Program-made: the position numbers and the translations under genes | The notes under the pieces: generated by a model | What the model saw: only the letters and a program-made list of their open reading frames with translations | Told to the model about the DNA's origin: nothing | The model's database searches: none | Shown here: one piece after another, positions 10,142-20,047 of the stretch | Layout of the letters: every line of letters starts with the position of its first letter | How positions within the stretch are numbered: the first letter of the stretch is position 1 | DNA from: Acidobacteriota bacterium | Lineage (GTDB): Bacteria; Acidobacteriota; Terriglobia; Acidiferrales; UBA7541 | Assembly (NCBI GenBank): GCA_013289665.1 | Contig: JABCZN010000011.1 | Location: 31,023 to 95,022 of the forward strand | DNA: 64,000 nt | Direction of reading: 5' to 3'

Positions 10142-10738
10142 TTAGCGCGATGCGTTCGCCCGCTTCGGCGCTTCGCGCAGCATTTCCAGTTTCGCCAGCA
10201 GCAACGCGCGTCCCCGGTGCAACCTGGAACGCACCGTGCCGATCGGACATTCCAGCGCCTGCGCGGCCTGCTCGTAGCTCATCTCTTCCAACTCGCACAG
10301 GACCACGGTTTCCCGGAATTCAACCGGCAAAGACAACACGGCCGAGCGGACTCGTTCGCGCCGCTCGCGGATTTCCGCCCAGTGCGCCGGTGTTCGATGG
10401 TCGGCTACATCGAGCGCCATCGCCTCTCCCTCGCTATTCTTAACTTCCAGGGAGAACTCGCGCGGCAGCCGCTCCAGATGCTTCATCACCCGGTTGCGGG
10501 CGATCCCGTAGAGAAACGCTCCCAGCGGGCCACGGGTGGGATCGTATTTTTTCGGCTCGCGCACCAGCGTCATGAACACGTCCTGTACAATTTCTTCCGC
10601 CGCCCAGGCATGACCCGTCATGCGGAGCGCAAAACGGTAGATCTGCGCCTGGTTGCGCCGGTATAATTGCGTGAAGGCATCTTCATCGCCCCTGGCCGAG
10701 CGCTTCAGCAGGACGTCGTCTCTTTCCTGTGCCTCGAT
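10142..10738 (-). CDS. ECF RNA polymerase sigma-70 factor (probable non-canonical ATC start)
   Basis: Region 2 (DEDAFTQLYRR..IYRFALRMTG..AEEIVQDVF) and region 4 (SYEQAA..CPIGTVRSRLHRGR); frame extends 39 codons beyond the track's ATG. Confidence 0.85.
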   Translation of the reverse strand: MEAQERDDVLLKRSARGDEDAFTQLYRRNQAQIYRFALRMTGHAWAAEEIVQDVFMTLVREPKKYDPTRGPLGAFLYGIARNRVMKHLERLPREFSLEVKNSEGEAMALDVADHRTPAHWAEIRERRERVRSAVLSLPVEFRETVVLCELEEMSYEQAAQALECPIGTVRSRLHRGRALLLAKLEMLREAPKRANASR

Positions 10739-10952
10739 GTGCGTTTCTCCTGATGTGACGCCTGCCTTATCTGACTATTCCCAGCGGGGACGCAGAAAGT
10801 TCCCAGGCAGGCGCCCATCCTCTAGCACGGCGGGTGTGGGCCGCGGGTTTCACTATAAATCAAACCCGGTCAAAGGGTTAGAGTTGCGGAGGGGGTGCAG
10901 GGTCCGGCTCAAATACGGCAGGAAGTGAGCGTCTGTGCCGTTCGCGCGCGGG

Positions 10953-11750
10953 TCAGCGGGCTTTCTTGCCAGGTCGAAACATATTTGCAGCTACCCGCGT
11001 CACCAGGCGGCGCGGTACGAGGCGCTGCGAATGCGCGCCCAAATAGTTGCCCAATCCGGAGATAACATAGCTCTTCCCGGCGGCGAGCGCCTGCAAGCCG
11101 GTTCGCGCCACCTTATCCGCGGTTTCCATATTTCGCGCGGTGAACTGCTCTTGATCGGCCACCGCGTGAAATTCCGACTCCGTTGAGCCTGGGCACAAGG
11201 CACAAACGCGAATCCCGTGCGGCTTCATCTCCTCCGCCAAACCTTCAGCGAAGAACAGATCGAACGCCTTCGTAGCGGCGTAAGTGGAGATGAATGGCAC
11301 AGCCTGAAACGCGGCCGTCGAAGCAAGAATCAAAATGTCACCGCTGCGGCGCGCAACCATCTCGGGCAGGAAAAGGCGGGTCAGATGCACCACCGCAGTG
11401 CAATTCACTTCCACCATGTCCAGCAACCGCTGTGTTTCCACTTGAGGCAGTTCGCCGTATTGCCCGAATCCCGCGTTGTTGATCAGCAGGGCAATTCGCA
11501 ATCCCCTTTCCTTCGTGAACGAGTAAATCTCTTGTGGGGCCTCTCGTTTCGCGAGGTCTGCCGGCACCACGTGCGTCTGGATGCCGTGCTTCTCCCGCAA
11601 CCCGTGCGCAACTTCCTGCAAACGGTCCAGCCGCCGCGCCATCAGCACCAGGTGCGTCCCGCCCGCCGCAAGCTCTTCCGCGAGCGCCACACCAATCCCC
11701 GCGCTGGCACCGGTAATCAGCGCCCACTTGCCCTTCCATTCGCTTATCAT
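10953..11750 (-). CDS. Short-chain dehydrogenase/reductase
   Basis: TGASAGIG, NNAG, YxxxK (YAATK). Confidence 0.9.
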   Translation of the reverse strand: MISEWKGKWALITGASAGIGVALAEELAAGGTHLVLMARRLDRLQEVAHGLREKHGIQTHVVPADLAKREAPQEIYSFTKERGLRIALLINNAGFGQYGELPQVETQRLLDMVEVNCTAVVHLTRLFLPEMVARRSGDILILASTAAFQAVPFISTYAATKAFDLFFAEGLAEEMKPHGIRVCALCPGSTESEFHAVADQEQFTARNMETADKVARTGLQALAAGKSYVISGLGNYLGAHSQRLVPRRLVTRVAANMFRPGKKAR

Positions 11751-11778
11751 TTCAAATTGTCCTCTGGAAATCCGCGGT

Positions 11779-12030
11779 TCACGCCGAATCGGCCGGATCC
11801 GACTTGCGAACCCGCAGAACCGAGTCCTTCCATCGCGTGCCCTGCTGCCTCATCCGGTCCATCAATCGCCGCGCCCACACAAACTCCGCCGCAAGCAGCG
11901 TTAGACCGAGAAAGATCACCAGCCAGCCGGGCCCCGGTGTGAATAGCATAACCGCTCCCAGCCCCAGAAGCGTAAACCCTCCAAGGATTTTAAAGAAGCG
12001 TCGAACTTGATCAATGGTGTGAAATAACAT
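11779..12030 (-). CDS. PGPGW-domain small membrane protein
   Basis: TPGPGW between hydrophobic helices, LAAEFVWA motif. Confidence 0.8.
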   Translation of the reverse strand: MLFHTIDQVRRFFKILGGFTLLGLGAVMLFTPGPGWLVIFLGLTLLAAEFVWARRLMDRMRQQGTRWKDSVLRVRKSDPADSA

Positions 12031-12477
12031 GTGCTCTCAAGGGCGGAGGAGGGAGAAACCCGATTGTGACTGAAATACCTGATCTAATCTACAGCCACGT
12101 AATTTGGATGCGCGGCCTGTCAGAATGGACATTGCAATCGGAGGGCAACCGAAAGTGCAGAAAATTCTTGCGGAGAAGGTAGGATACTCACTCTGACCAG
12201 GAAACCGCATGAACATTGACGATTTCTACGGTCTCGCATACTGCAACTCTTTCAACTGTTCCGCATAAATGGAACCAATTTCGGGTCTAAACAGACACCA
12301 AACCAAAGGGCGGGAGCGGCGCCGAGCACTGGGATTGTTCTCAGTCAGCAACGTTACTGCTAGTGATGAGCCAATCGGACTCCCTGGCAGTTGCCGTCCT
12401 CCTTAAAGGTCGGCCACAAAACACTGATGCATAAGGTTGTCCAGAAACTGAGCAGGATCAGCAAGTTGGACGAGCAC

Positions 12478-12519
12478 TTGACAAGATACTCGGAGTTAGA
12501 TATATCGGAATACGACTAT
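12478..12519 (+). promoter_or_regulatory. Sigma70 promoter of padR with a possible overlapping operator
   Basis: TTGACA (12478-83), 17 nt, TATATC (12501-06); imperfect TCG-N5-CGA dyad between the -10 and the ATG. Confidence 0.55.
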
Positions 12520-12871
12520 GGACGACACGGATCTCTTTTTGCCTTTGTCACCAGCGACGTTACATATCTTGCTGGCTCTAGCGGGAGGGGACCTGCATGG
12601 TTACGGAATCATGAAAGAGGTAGCGCGTCAGTCTGAAGGTCAGTACAAGCTTGGTCCGGGCACTCTATACGACAACTTGCAAAAACTCATGGATCGAGGT
12701 TTAGTGAAAGAAACCTCGGGGCGTTCCAAGAATGAGGACCCGCCCCGCCGTCACTACCAATTGACTTCATTCGGCCGCCGCGTTCTCTCCGCTGACGTTG
12801 CGCGGCTAAAGAACGTCATTAAAGAGGCGAAGCTACACCTCCACGTGGCGGGTTCGGGCAAAACGTCATGA
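12518..12871 (+). CDS. PadR-family transcriptional regulator
   Basis: HILLAL...HGYGIMKEV...LGPGTLY...RRHYQLT. Confidence 0.9.
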   Translation: MDDTDLFLPLSPATLHILLALAGGDLHGYGIMKEVARQSEGQYKLGPGTLYDNLQKLMDRGLVKETSGRSKNEDPPRRHYQLTSFGRRVLSADVARLKNVIKEAKLHLHVAGSGKTS

Positions 12872-14172
12872 GGCGCGGGCTCTACCGGTGTTTAATCTGG
12901 CTGCACCCCGCAGTCTTCCGGCAGTGTTACTCGGAAGAGATGCTGCGGATTTTCGATGAAGCAATAGGACAGGGCCTGTTGCCACTTTTCGTTGACGGCG
13001 TCAGGTCATTGTTTCGGCAGTGGCTGCTGCGTTCGAATATCTGGAAGATGGCGGCTGGTACTGTTGTAAGCACTGTCTTGATATTTGGTTGGTGGCATTC
13101 TCAGGAATCCTCGCTGGCTGCGGCTCTCCGTCGTGGAAATCCGGGAGCACTAGAAGAAGCCAAGCGCCGGCATTTGATCGAGCATGGAAGGCCCTCCGAC
13201 GGTGTGTTCGGAGGAGTAGTCCAGGCCGCAGGCACGCAAACGGTCGAGACGGCGCCGCAAAGTGGCGCGCGAATTCCTGATCCGGTCGACGCTATCGAAG
13301 GCATCGTTTCGGCGTTCAAAGAGCGCCCAGTGGTGATGATTGGGGAAGGTCACTGGCTGCGTCAAGCCGGAGACTTTTACACACGTCTGACCCGCGATCC
13401 CAAATTTCAGGAGACTGTTCAAGACATAGTCGTCGAATTTGCAAGCCGCAATAACCAACCCTTGCTAGACAGATACATTGCAGGCGAGGATATGCCTATC
13501 GAAGATGTCCGGCGTATCTGGCGCGATACCACCAAAGTGGCTAGTTGGGAGTCGCCGGTCTACGCGCACTGGCTTGCAGCGATCCGTGAAGCCAACCGAG
13601 GACTCCAACCTTCTCGCCATTTACGCGTACTCGCGGGAGATACACCTGTTGACTGGAGCCACATACATTCTCACTCGGACTGGTCAGCTCTCGGCGACAA
13701 CAACGTTTCCTTCGCAGAGGTCATCATTGATAAGGTCCTCAAGAAGAAGCATCGCGCCTTGGTTGTCCTCGGAACCAACCACGTGTTTAAGTCAGGTGAT
13801 CGAGACGGAGGCGATAATACGACGACGCGCGTGGAATCGCTCTACCCTGGCTCGACTTACGTTGTGCTCCTGATCTGCGAAGGTGGCGTGGCCCGTGCCG
13901 CACAGGATCTGCTTCGGTTACCAAATCTAACCCCACCTGCGCTACTTGCATTGGCTGGAACCCCTCTGGGCAAGCCGACGGACCCTAGAGAGTTGCCTTT
14001 AATCAAGGAAGCAAACGCGTTGCTGTATATCGGGCCACCCGAGTCTCTAAAACTGGCGCTCCCTCCGGTCGGTAGCCTAGAACCGGAATATCTAAAGGAA
14101 GTCGACCGGCGATCGATGATCGAATGGGGCGAATTGCGCGCCCGGAAGTTTCTTGCTGCCGCAGCCCAGTAA
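12868..14172 (+). CDS. Membrane-anchored protein with a ChaN/EreA-like hydrolase domain
   Basis: ATGA overlap with padR; N-terminal LYR.L...HP..FR..Y.EEM...F segment and TM helix; IGEGH, VVEF and LGTNH motifs. Confidence 0.6.
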   Translation: MRRGLYRCLIWLHPAVFRQCYSEEMLRIFDEAIGQGLLPLFVDGVRSLFRQWLLRSNIWKMAAGTVVSTVLIFGWWHSQESSLAAALRRGNPGALEEAKRRHLIEHGRPSDGVFGGVVQAAGTQTVETAPQSGARIPDPVDAIEGIVSAFKERPVVMIGEGHWLRQAGDFYTRLTRDPKFQETVQDIVVEFASRNNQPLLDRYIAGEDMPIEDVRRIWRDTTKVASWESPVYAHWLAAIREANRGLQPSRHLRVLAGDTPVDWSHIHSHSDWSALGDNNVSFAEVIIDKVLKKKHRALVVLGTNHVFKSGDRDGGDNTTTRVESLYPGSTYVVLLICEGGVARAAQDLLRLPNLTPPALLALAGTPLGKPTDPRELPLIKEANALLYIGPPESLKLALPPVGSLEPEYLKEVDRRSMIEWGELRARKFLAAAAQ

Positions 14173-14203
14173 TCATGCAACCGCAGCGGTTGTTTGTTCT
14201 CGA

Positions 14204-14455
14204 TTGGAAGGTCCCGTCCTCGCGGCAAAAGGCCTCTGTAAATTCTATGACTCCGTCCCGGCCGTTCAAAACGTCTCCTTCACTCTCAAGCCGGGACAGG
14301 TTCTCGGCTATCTGGGACTGAACGGATCGGGTAAGAGTACAACCGTAAAAATGCTCACGAGCTTGCTCGAGCCCACTAATGGCGAAGTGACTTACGATCA
14401 TCAAAACATCCACAAAAACCTTGTCGCGTATTGAAAAGTCCTCGGCCACGTCCCT
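14204..14455 (+). pseudogene. ABC transporter ATPase 5' fragment
   Basis: Walker A GLNGSGKST; in-frame TGA at 14432, then KVLGHVP continues and similarity breaks off. Confidence 0.75.
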
Positions 14456-14457
14456 CA

Positions 14458-14664
14458 TTATTTCTCAGTTTCTTCGTCGCGCAGGGTCCGGATCCAGGCA
14501 TTTACCTCATGCACCCCGGAAAAGGCGGGCAGTGCACCCACATATTTTACAAATGGATTTTCAGGAGCACGCGCCGGGCGGATGGTTGTTCGATCACTTT
14601 CCACGACAAATTCCACGCGATCTCCCTGTTTCAGCCCGAGCCGATTGCGAATCTCCTGACTCAA
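14458..14664 (-). pseudogene. AbrB/MazE-family antitoxin, probably 5'-truncated, with no cognate toxin
   Basis: QEIRNRLGLKQGDRVEF motif; the usual N-terminal TSKGQITIP is missing. Confidence 0.65.
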
Positions 14665-14918
14665 CTAGCTGAGTGGAGGCATGGCCTAAATCGTTCTCGC
14701 CGGACGCGCTACTTGTTACTTTTAACAGTTCCCAGAAGGGATGGGGAGCGCTAGGCTCTGGCTAACAGCAACCTCTGGGAGGATCCGGATCTACACACCC
14801 CCGACTCCAGAAGAATGGCTTTCCAGGCCTTAATTCTTACTAAGTCGACCGGATTCTCTTCCCCTAGCTGCCCAGAGAGCTAGGATTCGGCCTACTTTCA
14901 CTCCTGGGAGACGCATCT

Positions 14919-15611
14919 ATGCCTGGCTCGGGGATTGCTTCCGTATCCGTGGAGTTGAGGTCACAGTTTCTCCACGGATTAATTCCGGCTGATCGCAAAA
15001 CAATCTTGGCAGCTGCAACGCAGCGTCGATTCGTCGCCAATTCTGTGATCACAAACCAGGGTCACCCTGCCAACCATTTTTTCCTGCTTACGGAAGGCCT
15101 CGCCAGATATTTCTTCGTCACAGGAGAAGGCAAGAAGCTTCTCTTTCGCTGGCTTGGACCTGGAGATCTATTTGGCGGTCGGACTGTTTTGTCAGACCAT
15201 TCTTCTTATCTTGTTAGCACGGAAACGGTGGCGGACAGCTCGGTGTTGGTGTGGGATCGCCCCACAATCCGAGGTCTTATCGGACGGTATCCGAGGTTGC
15301 TGGAGAACGCGTTGTTAACTGCGTCGGACTACTTGGCTTGGCATCTCACGTCCCACATAGGTTTAGCTTGCCATACTGCTCGACAGCGGGTTGCTCAAGT
15401 ACTTGTTACTCTCGCCCGGACTATTGGCGAAAAGGTTTCAGGTGGCGTTGTACTTCAGATCACAAACGAGGACCTAGCAAACGCAGCAAACGTCACACCG
15501 TTCACAGCCAGCCGCCTGATGAGCAAGTGGCAAAGTGACCGTACCTTGGTAAAGCATCGCGGCAAGGTCTTGCTTAGATCGCCTGAACGACTATTTTTGC
15601 GCCTTATGTGA
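14919..15611 (+). CDS. Crp/Fnr-family transcriptional regulator
   Basis: cNMP-binding barrel (QGHPA..FFLL..G, PGDLFG) and HTH (ITNEDLANAANVTPFTASRLMS). Confidence 0.88.
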   Translation: MPGSGIASVSVELRSQFLHGLIPADRKTILAAATQRRFVANSVITNQGHPANHFFLLTEGLARYFFVTGEGKKLLFRWLGPGDLFGGRTVLSDHSSYLVSTETVADSSVLVWDRPTIRGLIGRYPRLLENALLTASDYLAWHLTSHIGLACHTARQRVAQVLVTLARTIGEKVSGGVVLQITNEDLANAANVTPFTASRLMSKWQSDRTLVKHRGKVLLRSPERLFLRLM

Positions 15612-15660
15612 TTCCGGTTCAGTTCCCATCCTCTTTTCTTCCCACTGTCGCATCCCGTAA

Positions 15661-15697
15661 TTGCGCTTGAGCAACCTCAAAGTTGCTCAGGAGCAAC
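15661..15697. promoter_or_regulatory. Tandem TTGC-N6-GCAA palindromes, candidate Crp/Fnr-type operator
   Basis: TTGCGCTTGAGCAA (15661-74) and GTTGCTCAGGAGCAAC (15682-97), 22 bp apart. Confidence 0.5.
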
Positions 15698-15770
15698 GAC
15701 GGAATCAATCTCGCATGTGATGCTTCCATTGCAGCAACTAAGTCAGCACCATCGGTCCGTCAATTTGGTT

Positions 15771-16214
15771 TTGAACTCCAAACAGGAGCAGGCAATCAGC
15801 ACTCTGTCCCTAGTCCGTATTCTCGTGGTAGATGATTTTGCCGATTGGCGGGGCTTTGTCCTTGCCAAGCTCCGGGAGAATTGCAGCCTGCAGGTTGTCG
15901 GCGTTGTGTCCGACGGACTTGAGGCGATTCTGAAAGCGAAGGAACTGCAACCGGACCTCGTTTTGTTGGACATAGGGCTCCCTCTGCTGGATGGTATTGG
16001 GGCTGCTCGACAAATTCGCGAGGTCGCTCCCAAATCAAAAATTCTTTTTCTAAGTCAAGAACTCGATCCCGATGTGGCACGAGCAGCTCTCAATGCTGGG
16101 GGACACGGTTACGTTGTTAAGTTGGACGCGGACAGGGAACTATTCCCCGCTCTGGAGGCGGTCATGCTTGGGAAGAAGTTCGTGAGCCCCAGAGTGGCGG
16201 ATCATCCCGTCTAA
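15771..16214 (+). CDS. Receiver-only response regulator (NarL-like, no HTH); start uncertain
   Basis: ILVVDD, PDLVLLDIGLP, FLSQ, GYVVK; protein ends right after the receiver domain. Confidence 0.8.
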   Translation: MNSKQEQAISTLSLVRILVVDDFADWRGFVLAKLRENCSLQVVGVVSDGLEAILKAKELQPDLVLLDIGLPLLDGIGAARQIREVAPKSKILFLSQELDPDVARAALNAGGHGYVVKLDADRELFPALEAVMLGKKFVSPRVADHPV

Positions 16215-16220
16215 AGTCAG

Positions 16221-16601
16221 ATGCCCGCTTACTTCAGAATCGACAAGGAACACAAGCTGGTGATGAGCACAATCTACGGTGTCTTCACTCTGGCCGATGG
16301 ATTGGCACATCAGGAGCAACTCCTGAAGGATCCCGATTTTGACCTCAACTTCTCCCAGTTACTGGACTGTGCCCACGTCACTAAAGCGGAACTTGGACCT
16401 GACGATGTGCGCAGGCTCGCCCAAAGGTCTATATTCTCATCCGATGCGCGCCGGGCGATTCTTGTGGCTAGTGATTCGGTATTTGGATTAGCCCGAATGT
16501 TTGTCATGTTTCGCGAAGCCCTGGGCGAAAAAGGAATTCGCATCTTTCACAGCCTCGACGAGGCACTTTACTGGGTTCTTGACGGGAGCAGCGCCGCCTA
16601 A
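16221..16601 (+). CDS. STAS/SpoIIAA-like small protein
   Basis: Alpha/beta pattern with RRAILV..D..FGLARMF and IFHSLDEALYW. Confidence 0.6.
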   Translation: MPAYFRIDKEHKLVMSTIYGVFTLADGLAHQEQLLKDPDFDLNFSQLLDCAHVTKAELGPDDVRRLAQRSIFSSDARRAILVASDSVFGLARMFVMFREALGEKGIRIFHSLDEALYWVLDGSSAA

Positions 16602-16834
16602 CATCTTCTTCACCCACAAAGGCAAATCCACTTCACTCGACAAATTGGGTCGGCCCTGACAAGGACCTATCATAGAAGTCGGCAAACCGGACAAGTTCGT
16701 TCCAGTACCCAGATGGACGGTAACGTTAATCAGGACTTAGAAAAGTAGGCCTGCCAGAACGGTTTTCCGACCTCAGCCCAATTACCGCTGTCATCTAAGA
16801 CGGTGACGAGTATTATCGAATTATTACCGAGTGT

Positions 16835-18037
16835 ATGGGTGCCCGCCAAAATCTCTCCGCGAAGCAGAGCAGGCGTTACAACCTTGAGCGAGAGGCTCTA
16901 AAGTCGCTCGCGTCTCAAGCTGCACTTCGGGCTGACGTGGGGTCCGCTCTAGCAAGCGCAATGGACCTGAGACGTATTTTGCAGAAATGCGCTGAAGCGA
17001 TTGTCAAACATGTCGAGGCTGCGTTCGCCAGGGTGTGGCTGTTGAACGATGCTGGGGACGTTCTCGAACTCCATGCAAGCGCGGGGATGTACACCCGTAT
17101 CAACGGCACTCACAGTCGGATTGCCCTGGGAAAGTTGGAAATCGGCCACATAGCATGGAAGAAGACCAAGTATTTGAACAACGACATTGTCCACCATTCG
17201 CGCATACACGACAAGAAATGGGCAAAGAGGGAGGGACTAGTAGCTTTCGCCGGATATCCGTTACTAATCGGCAAGCGTGTTATCGGAGTTGTCGGAATGT
17301 TTTTCAAGCGCCCCATAACACCGGCAATTTTAGATACCCTCGGGTCGGTCGCCGACGCGATAACCCAAGGCATCGAGAGAATTCGAGCCGAAGAGGGATT
17401 GAGACAGCTTTCGGGCCAACTTTTACGGTCGCAAGACGAAGAACGACGTAGCATTGCGGGCGATTTGCATAACGTTACCGGTCAGAATCTCGTAGCCTTA
17501 CTGACCTCGCTTGACCGACTTCGTCGGGCCATCCCGTCATCTCGAAATTGGCGCAAACTAATCATTCACTGCGAGAAAATCGTCAAAAAATGCCTCGCTG
17601 AGGTGCGCACTCTTTCTTACCTCTTGCACCCTCCAATGTTGGACAAGTTCGGATTGGAAGACGCCATCCGGGAATATTTGGAGGGGTTTGGGGAGCGGAG
17701 TGGTATTAGGGTCAGATTGCGAGTCCCGCCGAAGCTCGGGAGGTTTAATCGCGAGGCCGAACTTGTCCTATTTAGAGTCGTTCAGGAGAGCCTAATCAAT
17801 GTTCAGAGGCATTCGCGAAGCAAATGGGCTGAGATTAGAGTTGAACGCCATAAGAAGAAAGTAGTGCTGGAAGTAAGGGATAAGGGACCCGCCATAACTA
17901 CTCAGCGGTCGGACAGGGCCCATCCGGCCGGAGTGGGCATCGCGAGCTTGCAGGAACGGACAAGGCAAATCGGGGGGCACCTGGAGATCAAATTCAGAAA
18001 AGTCGGCACAACCGTGCGGGTGATAGTACCTACTTGA
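16835..18037 (+). CDS. GAF-domain sensor histidine kinase (HisKA_3)
   Basis: GAF domain (FAGYPL), H-box DEERRSIAGDLHN, N-box ESLINVQRHS. Confidence 0.85.
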   Translation: MGARQNLSAKQSRRYNLEREALKSLASQAALRADVGSALASAMDLRRILQKCAEAIVKHVEAAFARVWLLNDAGDVLELHASAGMYTRINGTHSRIALGKLEIGHIAWKKTKYLNNDIVHHSRIHDKKWAKREGLVAFAGYPLLIGKRVIGVVGMFFKRPITPAILDTLGSVADAITQGIERIRAEEGLRQLSGQLLRSQDEERRSIAGDLHNVTGQNLVALLTSLDRLRRAIPSSRNWRKLIIHCEKIVKKCLAEVRTLSYLLHPPMLDKFGLEDAIREYLEGFGERSGIRVRLRVPPKLGRFNREAELVLFRVVQESLINVQRHSRSKWAEIRVERHKKKVVLEVRDKGPAITTQRSDRAHPAGVGIASLQERTRQIGGHLEIKFRKVGTTVRVIVPT

Positions 18038-18083
18038 AACAGATTAGCGACTTCTTATTCTCCTGGGTGATGACCACGCACTA

Positions 18084-18270
18084 TTGATGCGCGGGATACC
18101 GGGACCGCCATCCGACGAGCTTGGTAAGCCAGTAGATTCGGCACAACTTCAATCGATGCTGACGGATGGTACTGTCGCCAACGAACGCTCCACGTGGTTG
18201 CCGGGATTCTTGGAGGGCAAGTCTCGAAGCTGGTTTCTCTCGATGGCTATCTGGCACACGGCCGAGCATT
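18084..18270 (+). pseudogene. Possible DinB/YfiT-like fragment
   Basis: WFLSMAIWHTAEHL resembles the C-terminal HxxxH helix of DinB-fold proteins; no convincing start. Confidence 0.3.
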
Positions 18271-18448
18271 TGCTTGGAGGCGTCGTTTTGCGTGAGACGG
18301 GTGTCGGGAATCCCGGTGGGCCTCTGAGTCCAATTATTCTGCTAGGGCTAAGCTCCCTGCTCGGTCAACTCCTTCCATGAGAAGGCCGGTCCCTGTCAAG
18401 AGTGTTTTGCTCTTTCCATGAGTTCTTCTCTCTTTTTCCCGTTCAGCC

Positions 18449-18739
18449 AAGCCGCCTCTGTCGCCACCCTTCCATCCGCAGCCTGAAGCTGCCGCTCAAC
18501 ACATCGTCGGGACCGTCCGCTTTTGTTTGGTGATTGACAGAATTGGTGCTGTGAGGGATGTCCGAGTTATCTCCGGGGAGGGACTGTCGGAAGACGCGAC
18601 GCTCAGGAAAGCCGGGGAGGATGCCTTGCATTATTGGAGATACGCTCCCAAAACGTTTGAAGGCGTGCCTATGCCAGCCAAAATCAGTGTAGACATCACC
18701 TTCCCCATTAGGAGCGTGGACGATATCAACTCCCGGTAA
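18449..18739 (+). pseudogene. TonB C-terminal domain fragment
   Basis: PEAAAQHIVGTVRFCLVIDRIGAVRDVRVISG...WRYAP...GVP...VDITF; no N-terminal anchor. Confidence 0.65.
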
Positions 18740-18913
18740 GTCCGTACCAGGACTCCACTTCTTCGGTAACGGCGTTTACCAGGACTCAGGCCGTGCCTTG
18801 AGCGGAGATTCTGTGGTCATCCCGCTCGGGACCTTCTGCGACGAAATTCGCGTGACACATACAGAGGCGGTTAGTAGTGTCGCCCAACGTTGATACAGTG
18901 AGTCGAATCGTGT

Positions 18914-20047
18914 TCAGGCCTGACGCTTCTGTCTCCGCGCCAGGCGTCTTGTTCCCAGAAAACCCAATCCACTGAGAAGCAGCGCTATCGTTCCGGGCTC
19001 AGGCGTCGCCTGAATTTCTCCGAACAATCCATCCTGTTGATTGTTGTAGCCCGCCGTGAAATAGAGCGCGTCGAGATTGACGTTTGTTCCGCCCGTCCGA
19101 AACTCCAATGACCAGAGGAAAGGATCGACGATAGGCTGGCCATTCATGCCATTGATCGTGCCCAAAAACTGATCGGTTGTGGGATCGTAGGCCAGAATCT
19201 CCCCATCTCCAAACTGGCCAATCAGCAAGTCACCCCCGAAGCTGCCGAATGTTGCTGGAGCGAGCGTGATTCCCCAAGGAGCATACAGCGAGCCGCTCGT
19301 AGCTATCCGTTGAAGGAAGGTCCCGCTGCTGTCAAACTCGTCGACATAACCACCGGGCAACCCAACCCCTTGCGCGTTTACGGCGGCGTATGTCACGTAC
19401 AAATTGCCGCCAATATTCTGGATATTGAAAGGGCTAAACCCAGCGATCCCGTTCGGGTCGACAAACTTGCCCGCGAACGTGGTGCCCGTGACGTTGCTGA
19501 AGTTGGTATCGAAGACGTTGATATGTCCAGTGTTGTCGGCCGCGTAGATATAGTTCGCACCCCCGCTACTGGCGCTTGCAAGCCCGGTATAGATTGCACC
19601 GGGCGTGCTGGCAACACTGATCGCTGTGGCGCCGCCATTCCAGCCCAGAATTCGCCCATCCAGAGTACTGAACAGGAACAGCGCTGGGCTGGCGTCTGGC
19701 AGGTTGAAACTGGAAGTCCCATTGAAGACCTGCCCGGTGGGCCCGGAGGGAAATCCACTCGGCGGAATTGAGACAACCAGGGGAACGGCGTTTCCCGCAC
19801 CATCGTAGAGGGTTGCAGTGTTTGTCCCCTGATTAGAAACCCAGAACGGGGAAGTCGGCGCGAAGCCCACTCCCCAGGGGTTCTTTAGGTTCGGATCAGT
19901 TGTGGCGGCGAGCCCTGGCACATCGGAAACGAGGTTGACTTGAGAGTATGAAGAGTCGGCGCTTAGACGCTGTGGGAAAACGGCGAGAAGAAATAGACTA
20001 AACAAGCCGACCGCGACCGCACGAGATACGAGGTCATGGCGAGACAT
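18914..20047 (-). CDS. TIGR03118-family PEP-CTERM protein
   Basis: Signal peptide, YSQVNLVSD, LKNPWG, LYFTAG..DGLFG; C-terminal TPEPGT + TM helix + basic tail. Confidence 0.88.
   Translation of the reverse strand: MSRHDLVSRAVAVGLFSLFLLAVFPQRLSADSSYSQVNLVSDVPGLAATTDPNLKNPWGVGFAPTSPFWVSNQGTNTATLYDGAGNAVPLVVSIPPSGFPSGPTGQVFNGTSSFNLPDASPALFLFSTLDGRILGWNGGATAISVASTPGAIYTGLASASSGGANYIYAADNTGHINVFDTNFSNVTGTTFAGKFVDPNGIAGFSPFNIQNIGGNLYVTYAAVNAQGVGLPGGYVDEFDSSGTFLQRIATSGSLYAPWGITLAPATFGSFGGDLLIGQFGDGEILAYDPTTDQFLGTINGMNGQPIVDPFLWSLEFRTGGTNVNLDALYFTAGYNNQQDGLFGEIQATPEPGTIALLLSGLGFLGTRRLARRQKRQA

Noticed and set aside
10770-10805. Autoregulatory ECF promoter GGAACT...GTCAGA
   Set aside because: The 22-nt spacing is too long for typical ECF promoters, so it is not supported
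16602-16834. Possible gene remnant between the STAS-like gene and the kinase
   Set aside because: No translatable motif recognised in any frame
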